Shown piece after piece: positions 54,826-63,960 of a DNA stretch of 64,000 nt. Position numbers and translations under genes: made by a program. Source of the DNA: a virus (taxonomy: Duplodnaviria; Heunggongvirae; Uroviricota; Caudoviricetes). The notes under the pieces are model-generated. The model had not been told where the DNA came from. It saw only the letters and a list, made by a program, of their open reading frames with translations, and made no database searches. The DNA is taken from the IMG/VR virus record IMGVR_UViG_3300032220_001761, positions 1,134 through 65,133 of that record; one strand, written 5' to 3'. The number at the start of each line of letters is the position of its first letter. The first letter of the stretch is position 1.

Positions 54826-56947
54826 TTTTTAGGTTTATTTTTATTTGACTTCCAATATCTGGAAGTTTATCGCAAGAAACACTGAACCCGTGTTCTTCGA
54901 GTATAGCTATACATATGTTTAATCCCAAACCTGTTCCAGACTCTTTTTGCCCTTCTTTACGTGTATATGGTTGTGAAAGTATTTTAAATTCCTCTGAGCT
55001 TAGACCTCTACCATTATCCTCAATGTATAATGTATCATCATTCCTATAGATTTTTACAATCTTATTATTACTATCATTATATTTTAAACCGTTTCTAATT
55101 AAGTTATCTAATGCTGTACAAAAAAGAGCTTCATTTACGCTTAATTCCCCTAGTTCTAATAGATTAACCTGTGGTCTATATGCAGTTGCAGATAAGTAGT
55201 CTTCGAGAATGTCGTTAAGTTTACACTCAGATCTATTAAGAACTACGTCTTTTTTTACAAGATTGGTAAATTCATATACCCCTTTATAAACCTTCTGCGT
55301 ATGTCTAAGTCCTTCCTTAATCATTTTTATAGGGGCTTCAATTTTAAGATCCTTTACTTGGTCATCTGATAATCTTCTATCCAAAGAGCTCAATCCACGA
55401 GGCATATAAGTATTAATCCCACTGTGCATGTCATGTCTAAGAATCTTAGCAGCATGTTCAAGATAGGTATTTTTCTTTTCTATCTCTTTTTGTTGATTAA
55501 AATTTTCAGTAATATCGGTAGCAATTTTCATTATCCGATAAGGTTTTCCGTCATTTCCTATAATAGGATTGTAAGTTGCTTGAAGATAAATTAGTGTACC
55601 ATCTTTTTTCCTTCTTGTGATTTCTCCTCTAAAGAATGTTCCTTCTCTTAGGGATTTCCAAAAATCTTTATATTCATCGCTATCTTTTAATGAATTTTCT
55701 ACAAATAAGCTGTGGTGCTTTCCAACAATTTCATCATGAGAATATCCCAAGGTATCTAAAAAAGCATTATTTGCAAATTTTATATTACCATCTAGATCAA
55801 ATTCAATAACAGCATTCGATCTATTAATGGCGTTCATTCTGTTAGATATTTCAACCTCTTTTCTTTTTAATTCTGTTACGTCTTGTCTTATAGAAGAGAA
55901 TCCAATAAGTTTATCATTATTAAATTTAGCTTTTATAAAAGTGTCAACGTAATATAAACTCCCGTCTTTAGCTTTATTTACACAAACTGAATTCCAGATT
56001 TTTTTATCTTTTATTACAGTTTTGTACATATTAGTCCAAAACTCTTTAGGGTGTGTACCCGAGTTTACTATGTTATGATCCTTTCCAATAACATCTTCTA
56101 ATGTATACCCAGAAACATCGGTAAATCTTTGGTTTACATAAGTTATTTTACCATTTTTGTCTGCAACTGAAATAATAGAAGAAGCATCTAAGAATTTATC
56201 ATTCTCTATCATTTGCTCAGATAAAAAATTAGATTCTTTAACAGAAAATCCAAATGAATATAATGAAGAGATCATTTGTAAATAAGAAATCTCTAGAACT
56301 TTCCATTCTCTTTGTGTTAGATTTTCAATACATATAACACCTATTAAAGATCCCTTATAATATATTGGGATATCAAGCATTGATTTTATACCGAGGGGCC
56401 TAAGATAAGAATCAGTAAAGCATGATGTTGCAATATGAGTTTCCGCATCATTTGCAACGATTATTGGATCATTTTCTAATGCTTCGAAATATTGATAAAA
56501 ATCTTTTTTAAAAATCTCAATCCCATTATAAAATTTATTCTCTCCTCTTACATAAAGTTGATCGCAGATAATAGATTCTTTATTTTCCGAATAAAGCCAT
56601 ACTGAAACCCTATCAGTTTCAGTAACCATTGATATTTCCCTTGTGATTAATTTTGCAGAACCAGATATATCACCAACATAAAAGCATTCACTTCTAGACT
56701 GCCATATAAGGGAGGAATTTAATTCAAATGTGTATTTATTTTCCTTGATCGATTCCTTGCTTTTTTTGATAAAATCTTTCATTATCAGCCAGAAAAGTGG
56801 TACAAATGAAAGGAAGCACAGATACTCTATCCCTCTAGTATTTGGGGTTGACGGTACTATCTCAAATAGTACTGAGGTCTTTACTAAAAAAAACACTAGC
56901 ATAATAGCTAGCGCAAGACCAAATAGAAGATTAGATCTCTTTAGCAT
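54818..56947 (-). CDS. sensor histidine kinase with N-terminal TM segments and PAS-like repeats
   Basis: H-box ILRHDMHSGINTY, N/G boxes NLIRNGLKY, IEDNGRGL, GTGLGLNICIAILEEHG. Repeated PAS-like blocks (GKITYVNQRFTDVSGYTLEDVIGK..; GNIKFANNAFLDTLGYSHDEIVGK..). Confidence 0.8.
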   Translation of the reverse strand: MLKRSNLLFGLALAIMLVFFLVKTSVLFEIVPSTPNTRGIEYLCFLSFVPLFWLIMKDFIKKSKESIKENKYTFELNSSLIWQSRSECFYVGDISGSAKLITREISMVTETDRVSVWLYSENKESIICDQLYVRGENKFYNGIEIFKKDFYQYFEALENDPIIVANDAETHIATSCFTDSYLRPLGIKSMLDIPIYYKGSLIGVICIENLTQREWKVLEISYLQMISSLYSFGFSVKESNFLSEQMIENDKFLDASSIISVADKNGKITYVNQRFTDVSGYTLEDVIGKDHNIVNSGTHPKEFWTNMYKTVIKDKKIWNSVCVNKAKDGSLYYVDTFIKAKFNNDKLIGFSSIRQDVTELKRKEVEISNRMNAINRSNAVIEFDLDGNIKFANNAFLDTLGYSHDEIVGKHHSLFVENSLKDSDEYKDFWKSLREGTFFRGEITRRKKDGTLIYLQATYNPIIGNDGKPYRIMKIATDITENFNQQKEIEKKNTYLEHAAKILRHDMHSGINTYMPRGLSSLDRRLSDDQVKDLKIEAPIKMIKEGLRHTQKVYKGVYEFTNLVKKDVVLNRSECKLNDILEDYLSATAYRPQVNLLELGELSVNEALFCTALDNLIRNGLKYNDSNNKIVKIYRNDDTLYIEDNGRGLSSEEFKILSQPYTRKEGQKESGTGLGLNICIAILEEHGFSVSCDKLPDIGSQIKINLKND

Positions 56948-56988
56948 TACAAGTTTATAGAAATATATATTCCTATAATGCTAGGTAA

Positions 56989-57420
56989 TCAAGTGAAACT
57001 TTTAATTTCTTTAGATAATTCTCTTTCTTTTATTGAATTTCTTTTATCGTAATTCTTTTTACCTTTAGCAAGGGAAACCTTCAATTTAATTTTACCTCTT
57101 TCATTAGAAAATATCAGTGTTGGGACTATCGTAATTCCTTGATCTAATCCTCTTTCCAATTTGTTAAGTTCCTTTCTTTTAAGTAAAAGCTTTCTTACCC
57201 TTAAAGGATCAGGTGAAAAATCTCCCATGGGAGATATGTTTAATCCCTTTATGTAAAGCTCGTTTTTTTCTAAATAACAAAAAGCATCCACCATAGATAC
57301 TTTACCTGCTGCTATCGATTTTACTTCGGATCCAAATAATTGGATGCCAGCTGTGTATTCTTCGATAAAGAAATAATCGAAAGAAGCTTTTCTATTTTTT
57401 ATGTGTATATTCTTAGGCAC
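56989..57420 (-). CDS. smpB: SsrA-binding protein SmpB
   Basis: Near-collinear with bacterial SmpB: NRKASFDYFFIEEYTAGIQLFGSEVKS..AGK, RVRKLLLKRKEL, GKIKLKVSLAKGKKNYDKR and basic C-terminal tail. Confidence 0.85.
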   Translation of the reverse strand: MPKNIHIKNRKASFDYFFIEEYTAGIQLFGSEVKSIAAGKVSMVDAFCYLEKNELYIKGLNISPMGDFSPDPLRVRKLLLKRKELNKLERGLDQGITIVPTLIFSNERGKIKLKVSLAKGKKNYDKRNSIKERELSKEIKSFT

Positions 57421-57778
57421 TTACTGAAAAATAAATTATTTTAGGAAAATCCCCAAATACAAATTTAGTCACATCGCAAAGCCACATATCTAGATTAAAG
57501 TGTGATATTCCCTTATACGAGTCTAATCTATACCAAGCTCCTTCTCCGAGTTCCCATCCCTCAAGTCTACCTAATTCTTTTATTTTCAGATTGTCTGATC
57601 CTTCAAAATACTCATCAGAAAGAACTACATGCACTTCCGCTTCTCCCTCAGCTAGTATATCTAAAAAAGAATCCGCTCCTGCAACCATTTGAAGTTCTGC
57701 TTTAGTACCTTCCCACTCTGGTAGATCTACATACCAATTTCCATTCGTCTCTTTGTAAAATCTAAATCTTCTTGTCAT
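57413..57778 (-). CDS. hypothetical protein
   Basis: 121-aa ORF. Confidence 0.45.
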   Translation of the reverse strand: MTRRFRFYKETNGNWYVDLPEWEGTKAELQMVAGADSFLDILAEGEAEVHVVLSDEYFEGSDNLKIKELGRLEGWELGEGAWYRLDSYKGISHFNLDMWLCDVTKFVFGDFPKIIYFSVSA

Positions 57779-58578
57779 ATTTTTATTTTTAAAGCCTCGT
57801 CATAATCTTCCCAAAGACAATCAATAAAGTAGTGATTAACTCCTTTACACCAATCTGTTTTAATACCTCTTTGAGGTGTATGACCAACAACCTGATTTAT
57901 CCCTTCTAATGGATATTCATTGAAAACCCTAGGTCTTACCCAAACCGGACCAGCCCATAGGTCAAATCCCCCACTCTGTGCATCAACATTAAAAAGAATA
58001 TCAAGTCTCATTTCTAATGCTGTATTAAGAAGATCACAAAGATCTAGTTCTTTTAGAATGTCATAGAATCTGTGGTTTGGATTATAAACTTCTTTTCTTA
58101 ACTCAGTAAGCCATCCACTTGTAACCCCTGCGTGTGTCCATAACCATTGCTGTCCATCATCACCAACCTCATAGTGTGCTAATTTGAAACCTGCTTCTTT
58201 ATCCGTATAGATATCAAGAAGATCATGTTTCATCTCTGGCCTGAATCCGCTACATATTTCATTTTCTATAAAATATTGAACATCATGATTTCCAATAAGA
58301 AGCTCCACTCTATTCGGAACCATTTTTTTAAAGAAAACTATATCTCTTAGATTATTTAAAATAACATCGTTTTTTAGATCATAGCTGTCTGCATAATCAC
58401 CAACGAAAATAATCTTGTCATATTTCATATAGGGATAATCATCCCAAAAAGTATCATCACCAGGAGCACCATTTTCCACTGCAGTCTTCCACAGGTTAAA
58501 TTCATATGGACTTCCATGTGTATGGAACATCCAACGATCTCTTCCGTGTATATCTCCCAGTGTTAATATCATTTTCAT
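57775..58578 (-). CDS. calcineurin-like metallophosphoesterase
   Basis: LGDIHGR, FVGDYAD, IGNHD, VGHTP motifs. Confidence 0.65.
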   Translation of the reverse strand: MKMILTLGDIHGRDRWMFHTHGSPYEFNLWKTAVENGAPGDDTFWDDYPYMKYDKIIFVGDYADSYDLKNDVILNNLRDIVFFKKMVPNRVELLIGNHDVQYFIENEICSGFRPEMKHDLLDIYTDKEAGFKLAHYEVGDDGQQWLWTHAGVTSGWLTELRKEVYNPNHRFYDILKELDLCDLLNTALEMRLDILFNVDAQSGGFDLWAGPVWVRPRVFNEYPLEGINQVVGHTPQRGIKTDWCKGVNHYFIDCLWEDYDEALKIKI

Positions 58579-58615
58579 CTTTCCGTAAAATTAATAGAAA
58601 AATCCAAATAAAAAA

Positions 58616-59089
58616 TTAAATATCGACGTTTAATTTCTTAAATAGATGCTCAGGCATGGATCTTTTAATAATCTGATCCTCCGTTGTTGGCCAGTATCCT
58701 AGAACTTTTAGCATGTTTAGAAGCACTCTTTCATTTGCAGTCTCCACCTTAAAGTTTCCGTGATGGAAGATAGAAGTAACAGTTGCAAGTGCCCAATCCT
58801 TCATAGAATTAGTTGAGTTTTGCTCCCCTTGAACTCTTCCAAGAATACTTATATTCATTAAAGCACTCTTTAGTTTCTCCTTATCGTCACCGATGATTTC
58901 AATGATTTCGTCTACAAGAACATCCATTATTTGTTCGTGCATTAGATCCCCCTGATATCCTCCATGTCGTAATTCAGATTCCAATTGAGCATATCTCAAT
59001 GCGTACTTTAGAGCATCATTATTTTTCATGCTTAATTTTTTTATTGTTTTTATCCCTACACTCTTTACAAAGCTGATAGACCCATCCAT
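58616..59089 (-). CDS. hypothetical protein (start probably the internal Met near 59029)
   Basis: 157-aa ORF. The N-terminal 20 codons overlap the next gene. Confidence 0.4.
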   Translation of the reverse strand: MDGSISFVKSVGIKTIKKLSMKNNDALKYALRYAQLESELRHGGYQGDLMHEQIMDVLVDEIIEIIGDDKEKLKSALMNISILGRVQGEQNSTNSMKDWALATVTSIFHHGNFKVETANERVLLNMLKVLGYWPTTEDQIIKRSMPEHLFKKLNVDI

Positions 59090-59471
59090 AATTTACAGAC
59101 TTAACTGATTGATTGGATCCGCACTTCTCGCATGTATTGTTACATTTTTTTTCGGCCTCCGATATCACGTTCCCTATATCCTGACCAAAAAATCCATAAA
59201 TCCTTAAAGTAGCATACTTATCCTTTATGTCTGTAATTATTTGGCCTTTGGTTAATTTTTCTCTGATCTTATACCAAAACTTACTTTTAACCTTAACAAC
59301 AGAGTTATCAGTGGCCAAATAATGAATTTTTCTTTTCAAAAACATAGGTATCCAAGAAGGCCACATTTCCTTCTCTATTTTAATTATAGCTTCCTCAACT
59401 ATAGGAACCCATCCTTTAGGAACCCCTGGATAAGAGTATCCAATGTGTCTATATTTCTCTGATATCTTCAT
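59019..59471 (-). CDS. hypothetical protein with C-terminal zinc-ribbon-like CxxC...CxxC
   Basis: CEKCGSNQSVKSVNYGWVYQLCKEC. Confidence 0.45.
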   Translation of the reverse strand: MKISEKYRHIGYSYPGVPKGWVPIVEEAIIKIEKEMWPSWIPMFLKRKIHYLATDNSVVKVKSKFWYKIREKLTKGQIITDIKDKYATLRIYGFFGQDIGNVISEAEKKCNNTCEKCGSNQSVKSVNYGWVYQLCKECRDKNNKKIKHEK

Positions 59472-59784
59472 TATAATTGTTTAGATAGATTAGGGATTTG
59501 ATCCACATCAATAAACAGATAGATGAATCTATTACCTTAAGTGGATGGTCAGGAAGTCCTAAGGAAACAAGTATTATGTACATTAAAGCTGATAAACCAA
59601 CTATTCCAAATGCACCTCTCCATATCCACGGAGATAAGGAATTAGAGAACATTCTTATTATAATATAGATAAAAAAAACCAGGTATGGTAATTCTATATA
59701 AATCCTAGGTGGTAGAGAAAATATCTGTGCAATCTCCTTAGCTGAAGCTATTGCAAGAAAAATCGCGTATGCTGTTTTTCCCAT
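59449..59784 (-). CDS. small polytopic membrane protein
   Basis: Three hydrophobic helices. Confidence 0.4.
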   Translation of the reverse strand: MGKTAYAIFLAIASAKEIAQIFSLPPRIYIELPYLVFFIYIIIRMFSNSLSPWIWRGAFGIVGLSALMYIILVSLGLPDHPLKVIDSSICLLMWIKSLIYLNNYNEDIREI

Positions 59785-60242
59785 TATTTCTGTTTAATTC
59801 TTGATTCGTATTTTTTCTTTACTGTCAATCCTATAGGAATAGCAGATCCCTCCTCGTCGATTCTAACAAAGGTTGCTCTAGCTTTAAGACAAACAACTTC
59901 AGCATCGTTTCTGACATTGTATTTTCTCATTTCTATCAGGATAGTTATAGAAGTGTTTCCAATGCTTTCTATTCCGCAATATGTTTTAATCACATTACCG
60001 ACTTTCATTGGGATAAGAAATTCGGAATCCAAACTTCTAGTTACCATCATAGGTGTATCACAGATCTCAGCAGCGAAAAAAGCACTTATCTCATCCACGT
60101 GAGCCAATAATATTCCACCGAAAGCATTATTATGAACCCCAAGATCCTTAGTCATACAAACCCATGTTGATCTCATCACCATACCTCCTTCCTGGAGTGT
60201 CAAGATGTTTATATCGGTTATCTGCTTCATTCTGTCTACCAT
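59784..60242 (-). CDS. acyl-CoA thioesterase, hotdog fold (YciA-like)
   Basis: AFGGILLAHVDEISAFFA...MMVTRSLDSEFLIPMKVGNVI...SITILIEMRKY...AT(F)VRIDEEGSAIPI follows the YciA/4HBT family pattern. Confidence 0.65.
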   Translation of the reverse strand: MVDRMKQITDINILTLQEGGMVMRSTWVCMTKDLGVHNNAFGGILLAHVDEISAFFAAEICDTPMMVTRSLDSEFLIPMKVGNVIKTYCGIESIGNTSITILIEMRKYNVRNDAEVVCLKARATFVRIDEEGSAIPIGLTVKKKYESRIKQK

Positions 60243-60262
60243 GATTAAAATTAATGTGTGAG

Positions 60263-60547
60263 TTATTTATACTTTTTTGATGTTTGAGAAACACTCGAGC
60301 TAAAAGCTCCAACTCCAAGACAAAAACCAAAAGCATACCATCCGCCATTGTTATTAGGAGCGTAAACGGCAACATCGTCCCATATTAGCATACCTATAAA
60401 ATCAAAAGGAGCTATCATACCGTGCCATAAACCTCCCCAGAAACCATATACGTGACCGCTAACGCACTCGTGAACGTCTTGACTATCTGCACATCCGGTA
60501 AGAGATAAAAGCGCAAATACGAGTAAGAAAATAGTGTATTTTTTCAT
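60263..60547 (-). CDS. lipoprotein
   Basis: Start taken at MKKYTIFLLVFALLSLTGC (lipobox LTGC). Gly/Trp-rich mature part. Confidence 0.45.
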   Translation of the reverse strand: MKKYTIFLLVFALLSLTGCADSQDVHECVSGHVYGFWGGLWHGMIAPFDFIGMLIWDDVAVYAPNNNGGWYAFGFCLGVGAFSSSVSQTSKKYK

Positions 60548-60592
60548 TCTTTCCTTTATCATTGTTAGAGCAAAAGAAAGAAATAATTTCAA

Positions 60593-61315
60593 TTAATGTA
60601 GATAATTCTTAAGAATAAATTTATCCCCCTCCCAAATAATATAGCTAGTATTTTCTATCCAGTCACCAGTATTCAAATATCTTATCCCATCAGCCTCTTT
60701 ATCAGACGGTGTATGTATATGACCACATATAACGGTATTGCAATCTCTTTTGATACACTGCCTTATTAACTCAGATTCAAATTGGGTAATAAACTTAATG
60801 GCTTGTTTTACATTATTTTTTAAAAATTTACTAAGACTTGTTTTAATACCTATCTTTTTAGCCCATTGATCTATCCCTATAGCAAAATCGTATCCAACAG
60901 ATCCTAAGATACCAAGCCATCTTAATTTAACTACCCCATCATATAAATCTCCATGAACTATCCAAACATCGCCTTCTATAAATTCATTAACAATCGATAT
61001 ATTTCCAATTGAATGTGGAGCATATTCTCTAAGAAATTCGTCATGATTGCCAGTAATGTATATGACCTCTTTCTTTTTTGATATTTTTAAAATTTTCTTG
61101 ATTACTTTAATGTGGGATTCAGGGAACCAATGATATTTTTTAATTAACCATCCATCTATTATATCGCCAACTAAAATTAGCCTATCGTATTTTTCTTTTG
61201 CTAAAAGCTTTAGTAAATCTTCTGTCCTAGATCCTTTAGATCCTAAGTGGACGTCACTTATTATTAGAGTTCTTTTATTATTTCCAGTACCCGTGATCTG
61301 CTTTAAAATACTCAT
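60593..61315 (-). CDS. LpxH-like metallophosphoesterase (UDP-2,3-diacylglucosamine pyrophosphatase family)
   Basis: LIISDVHLGS, LILVGDIIDGW, ITGNHDEFL, VHGDLYD, CGHIH. 240 aa as in LpxH. Confidence 0.65.
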   Translation of the reverse strand: MSILKQITGTGNNKRTLIISDVHLGSKGSRTEDLLKLLAKEKYDRLILVGDIIDGWLIKKYHWFPESHIKVIKKILKISKKKEVIYITGNHDEFLREYAPHSIGNISIVNEFIEGDVWIVHGDLYDGVVKLRWLGILGSVGYDFAIGIDQWAKKIGIKTSLSKFLKNNVKQAIKFITQFESELIRQCIKRDCNTVICGHIHTPSDKEADGIRYLNTGDWIENTSYIIWEGDKFILKNYLH

Positions 61316-61973
61316 TGTTATTTTTATTTTTCCAAAATCCTATCAGGAGTTTTATCATATAAAAAACACCCTTGTTATGGAATCTTCTAGGGGATGTATA
61401 AATTTTAGAATACAGTATTACGAATTTGGACGGATTAACAAGTTTGCTTAATTTATAATCCTCTGCAACTTTTGCATTAATATCAAACATTCCATATTTT
61501 TTAAAAGCATTAGAATCCCATAATTGAAATCCACCTAAAGCAAATGGACTTTTGTATTTGCTTATTAACTGTAAGATGTAAAAAATAAACATTACGACAG
61601 AATACGGAAAATCTGTATATGTTCTAATGGTAAGTAATTCTTTTCCCGATATCCTATCAATACAATTTTTAATTGTATTTTTATCCTTTAAGATCATATC
61701 AGCATCTAAAAAAAGAACATACGGGGTTCTACAAAAAGAAAATCCATTATTTCTTGCAACTGAGGGTAATCCCCCTTTAGTCACAAATACATCAATATTT
61801 TTTAAATCAGAATTAAGAACTATGTCTATTGTATTATCATCGCTAGAATCGCAGATGATTACCCTCGTACCATTTATACTGTTTTGAGAATCAATTGACT
61901 CCAAAAAATAATAGATACCTCTTTCTTCATTCTTACAAGGAACTACTATAGTCAAAAGATCTTTTATCCCCAT
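61278..61973 (-). CDS. glycosyltransferase family 2
   Basis: LLTIVVPCKNEERGI..FLESIDSQ and VLFLDADM (DxD). Confidence 0.7.
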   Translation of the reverse strand: MGIKDLLTIVVPCKNEERGIYYFLESIDSQNSINGTRVIICDSSDDNTIDIVLNSDLKNIDVFVTKGGLPSVARNNGFSFCRTPYVLFLDADMILKDKNTIKNCIDRISGKELLTIRTYTDFPYSVVMFIFYILQLISKYKSPFALGGFQLWDSNAFKKYGMFDINAKVAEDYKLSKLVNPSKFVILYSKIYTSPRRFHNKGVFYMIKLLIGFWKNKNNNEYFKADHGYWK

Positions 61974-62040
61974 CCATTATATATTTAGATGAGCGCGTAT
62001 TAAGCAGTAAAAAATTCTTTATTAAATTATTAACAAATAA

Positions 62041-63462
62041 TTAGAATCTCTTAAGAACATAAAGTTTGTTACTAGATCTTGTGTATGCTGTGTACTTTAT
62101 TCTATTTCTCTCTATAACATCCAGATTTACGTTTATGTCATCCTCGAGAACGAATGTTGTTACATAGGTGCTTCCTTGAGATTTATGAGCAGTTATTGCA
62201 TAGGCATAACTTACATCTGCATACCTTCTTAAAAAATCATAGTATTTTACCCAGGATTTTTCCTTCCCTTTCTTTTCTATTGCGATCTTCTTCAGATTAT
62301 TTGCAATTCTATCAAAATCAAATTGACTGCTCTCGTGGAGAATATCAATATACATCTTAATATTTTTATCCTCGTCGTTTAGATAGATTACTCCTGTCTC
62401 GTAATATTTTATATGTAAGATCTCGTCATCTAACTTAAACCTGCTTTCCTTTATCTTATAATCCTCTACAGTAAATTCGTCATTAGTATTGAAGATTATC
62501 TCGTTATTTTCAATAATAGGATTATTCGCTATAAGCTTTTCTCCTATCAATATTTTTGATTCCTGTGATTTTTCACCATATATGACCTTCCTTACAAGAT
62601 TATTCATAGTGGCCACTGTTTTATTTCTCCAAGCAATAATCTTAGCGTATTCTGGGTCGCTTTTAAAATCTTCAGAATTGAAATATACATCCAATATGGA
62701 CTGGAAGCTTTCTTTTATGTCAGGAGAACTCAGATTAAGAAATTCTATACCTTCGCCAGATTCTGATAAGATTGATTCCTTCCCTGTATCAATAGTTGGA
62801 TTTTCTAGACTCTCTCTTATTTTTACAGATGTATCAATTATAGGATTTCCTTTCTTCTGTCTCATTATAGTTTTAAGCTCTACAGTCTTAATTCCATACT
62901 GATCTGCAAGTTCGTCTCTAAAAGGAATACAATCCGGTCTTCCGACAGGTGGTATCTGTGCGGGATCTCCCATACAGATTATTTTTATCTTATCCCTATA
63001 CTTGATAATCTCATGAAAAAGATCATCGCTTAGCATGGAAACCTCATCTATAATTAAAAGCTTTGTTGATTCTATAGGAGGTCTAAAATCTCCCTGGTTA
63101 ACAAATTCCTGCTTTCCATCTGAAGTTATCCTTTCAGTTAGACCAAGCATTTTATGTATAGTGTTAAAAGAAACTCGATGGCTTAAAATACCTGTAGATC
63201 TTTTTATAACTCTAACTGATTTATTCGTTGGCCCAGTTACAGCTATTTTATACCAGCTATTATTCGGCTTCATTACTTCAAGGACGTATTTAACCAGCAG
63301 GCTAACACAAAAGGTCTTCCCCGTTCCTGCCCATCCTTTTATGACATAAATGTCGTCACTTTTACCCTGTATAAAATCTCTAAGCTCTTCAAAAGCGTTT
63401 TTTTGATCACTATTTAATACAGAAATATCTACAATATTTTTCTTTTCCTTAACTTCCCCCAT
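62041..63462 (-). CDS. Dda-like SF1B DNA helicase (RecD/Pif1 clan)
   Basis: N-terminal LNSDQKNAFEEL parallels T4 Dda LTEGQKNAFNIV. Walker A GWAGTGKTF, Walker B LIIDEVSML, motif VI AITAHKSQGST. Confidence 0.8.
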   Translation of the reverse strand: MGEVKEKKNIVDISVLNSDQKNAFEELRDFIQGKSDDIYVIKGWAGTGKTFCVSLLVKYVLEVMKPNNSWYKIAVTGPTNKSVRVIKRSTGILSHRVSFNTIHKMLGLTERITSDGKQEFVNQGDFRPPIESTKLLIIDEVSMLSDDLFHEIIKYRDKIKIICMGDPAQIPPVGRPDCIPFRDELADQYGIKTVELKTIMRQKKGNPIIDTSVKIRESLENPTIDTGKESILSESGEGIEFLNLSSPDIKESFQSILDVYFNSEDFKSDPEYAKIIAWRNKTVATMNNLVRKVIYGEKSQESKILIGEKLIANNPIIENNEIIFNTNDEFTVEDYKIKESRFKLDDEILHIKYYETGVIYLNDEDKNIKMYIDILHESSQFDFDRIANNLKKIAIEKKGKEKSWVKYYDFLRRYADVSYAYAITAHKSQGSTYVTTFVLEDDINVNLDVIERNRIKYTAYTRSSNKLYVLKRF

Positions 63463-63512
63463 GTTTTTACGGATTTAAAGTTTACAAATCTAAAAAAAAA
63501 TTCCTCAGTATA

Positions 63513-63545
63513 CAAAAAAAATCCGAGAAAATTCTCTCGGATTAT
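63513..63545 (-). terminator. intrinsic terminator after the 63559..63960 gene
   Basis: TCCGAGA-AAATTC-TCTCGGA hairpin. A8 upstream on the plus strand gives a T8 tract on the minus strand. Confidence 0.55.
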
Positions 63546-63558
63546 TATAGAGGTATTA

Positions 63559-63960
63559 TTATAGAGGGTTTCCCTCAGAATCGAAAATAATATCATTCGA
63601 TTCTATTCTATCCTTTATTTGCTCGTCCTCATATTGATCTTCGATGTCTCTCGTAATTCTTGTGAGAACACTATCCATATGTTGTTTAAACTTCTCGGAA
63701 GCTTTATCTAAATATTCGATTAATCTAGATAATTGGGATTGATCCATTTCATCCTCGTTTTCTATTTCGAACTGTATTCGAGTATATGTTGAATAGTCCT
63801 CGAAATAATAACTAATTTCATCCCAAAAATAAGGAGGAATTCCTAACCATCCTAAGAACATACCATCGTTAGTTACATTCAAAGCTTTTTTACAATGCAA
63901 GAAATAATTCTGATCATCTTTAGAAATATAGCTAATATCATCTCTATCATTTGCAATCAT
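63559..63960 (-). CDS. hypothetical acidic protein
   Basis: 133-aa ORF. Confidence 0.4.
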   Translation of the reverse strand: MIANDRDDISYISKDDQNYFLHCKKALNVTNDGMFLGWLGIPPYFWDEISYYFEDYSTYTRIQFEIENEDEMDQSQLSRLIEYLDKASEKFKQHMDSVLTRITRDIEDQYEDEQIKDRIESNDIIFDSEGNPL

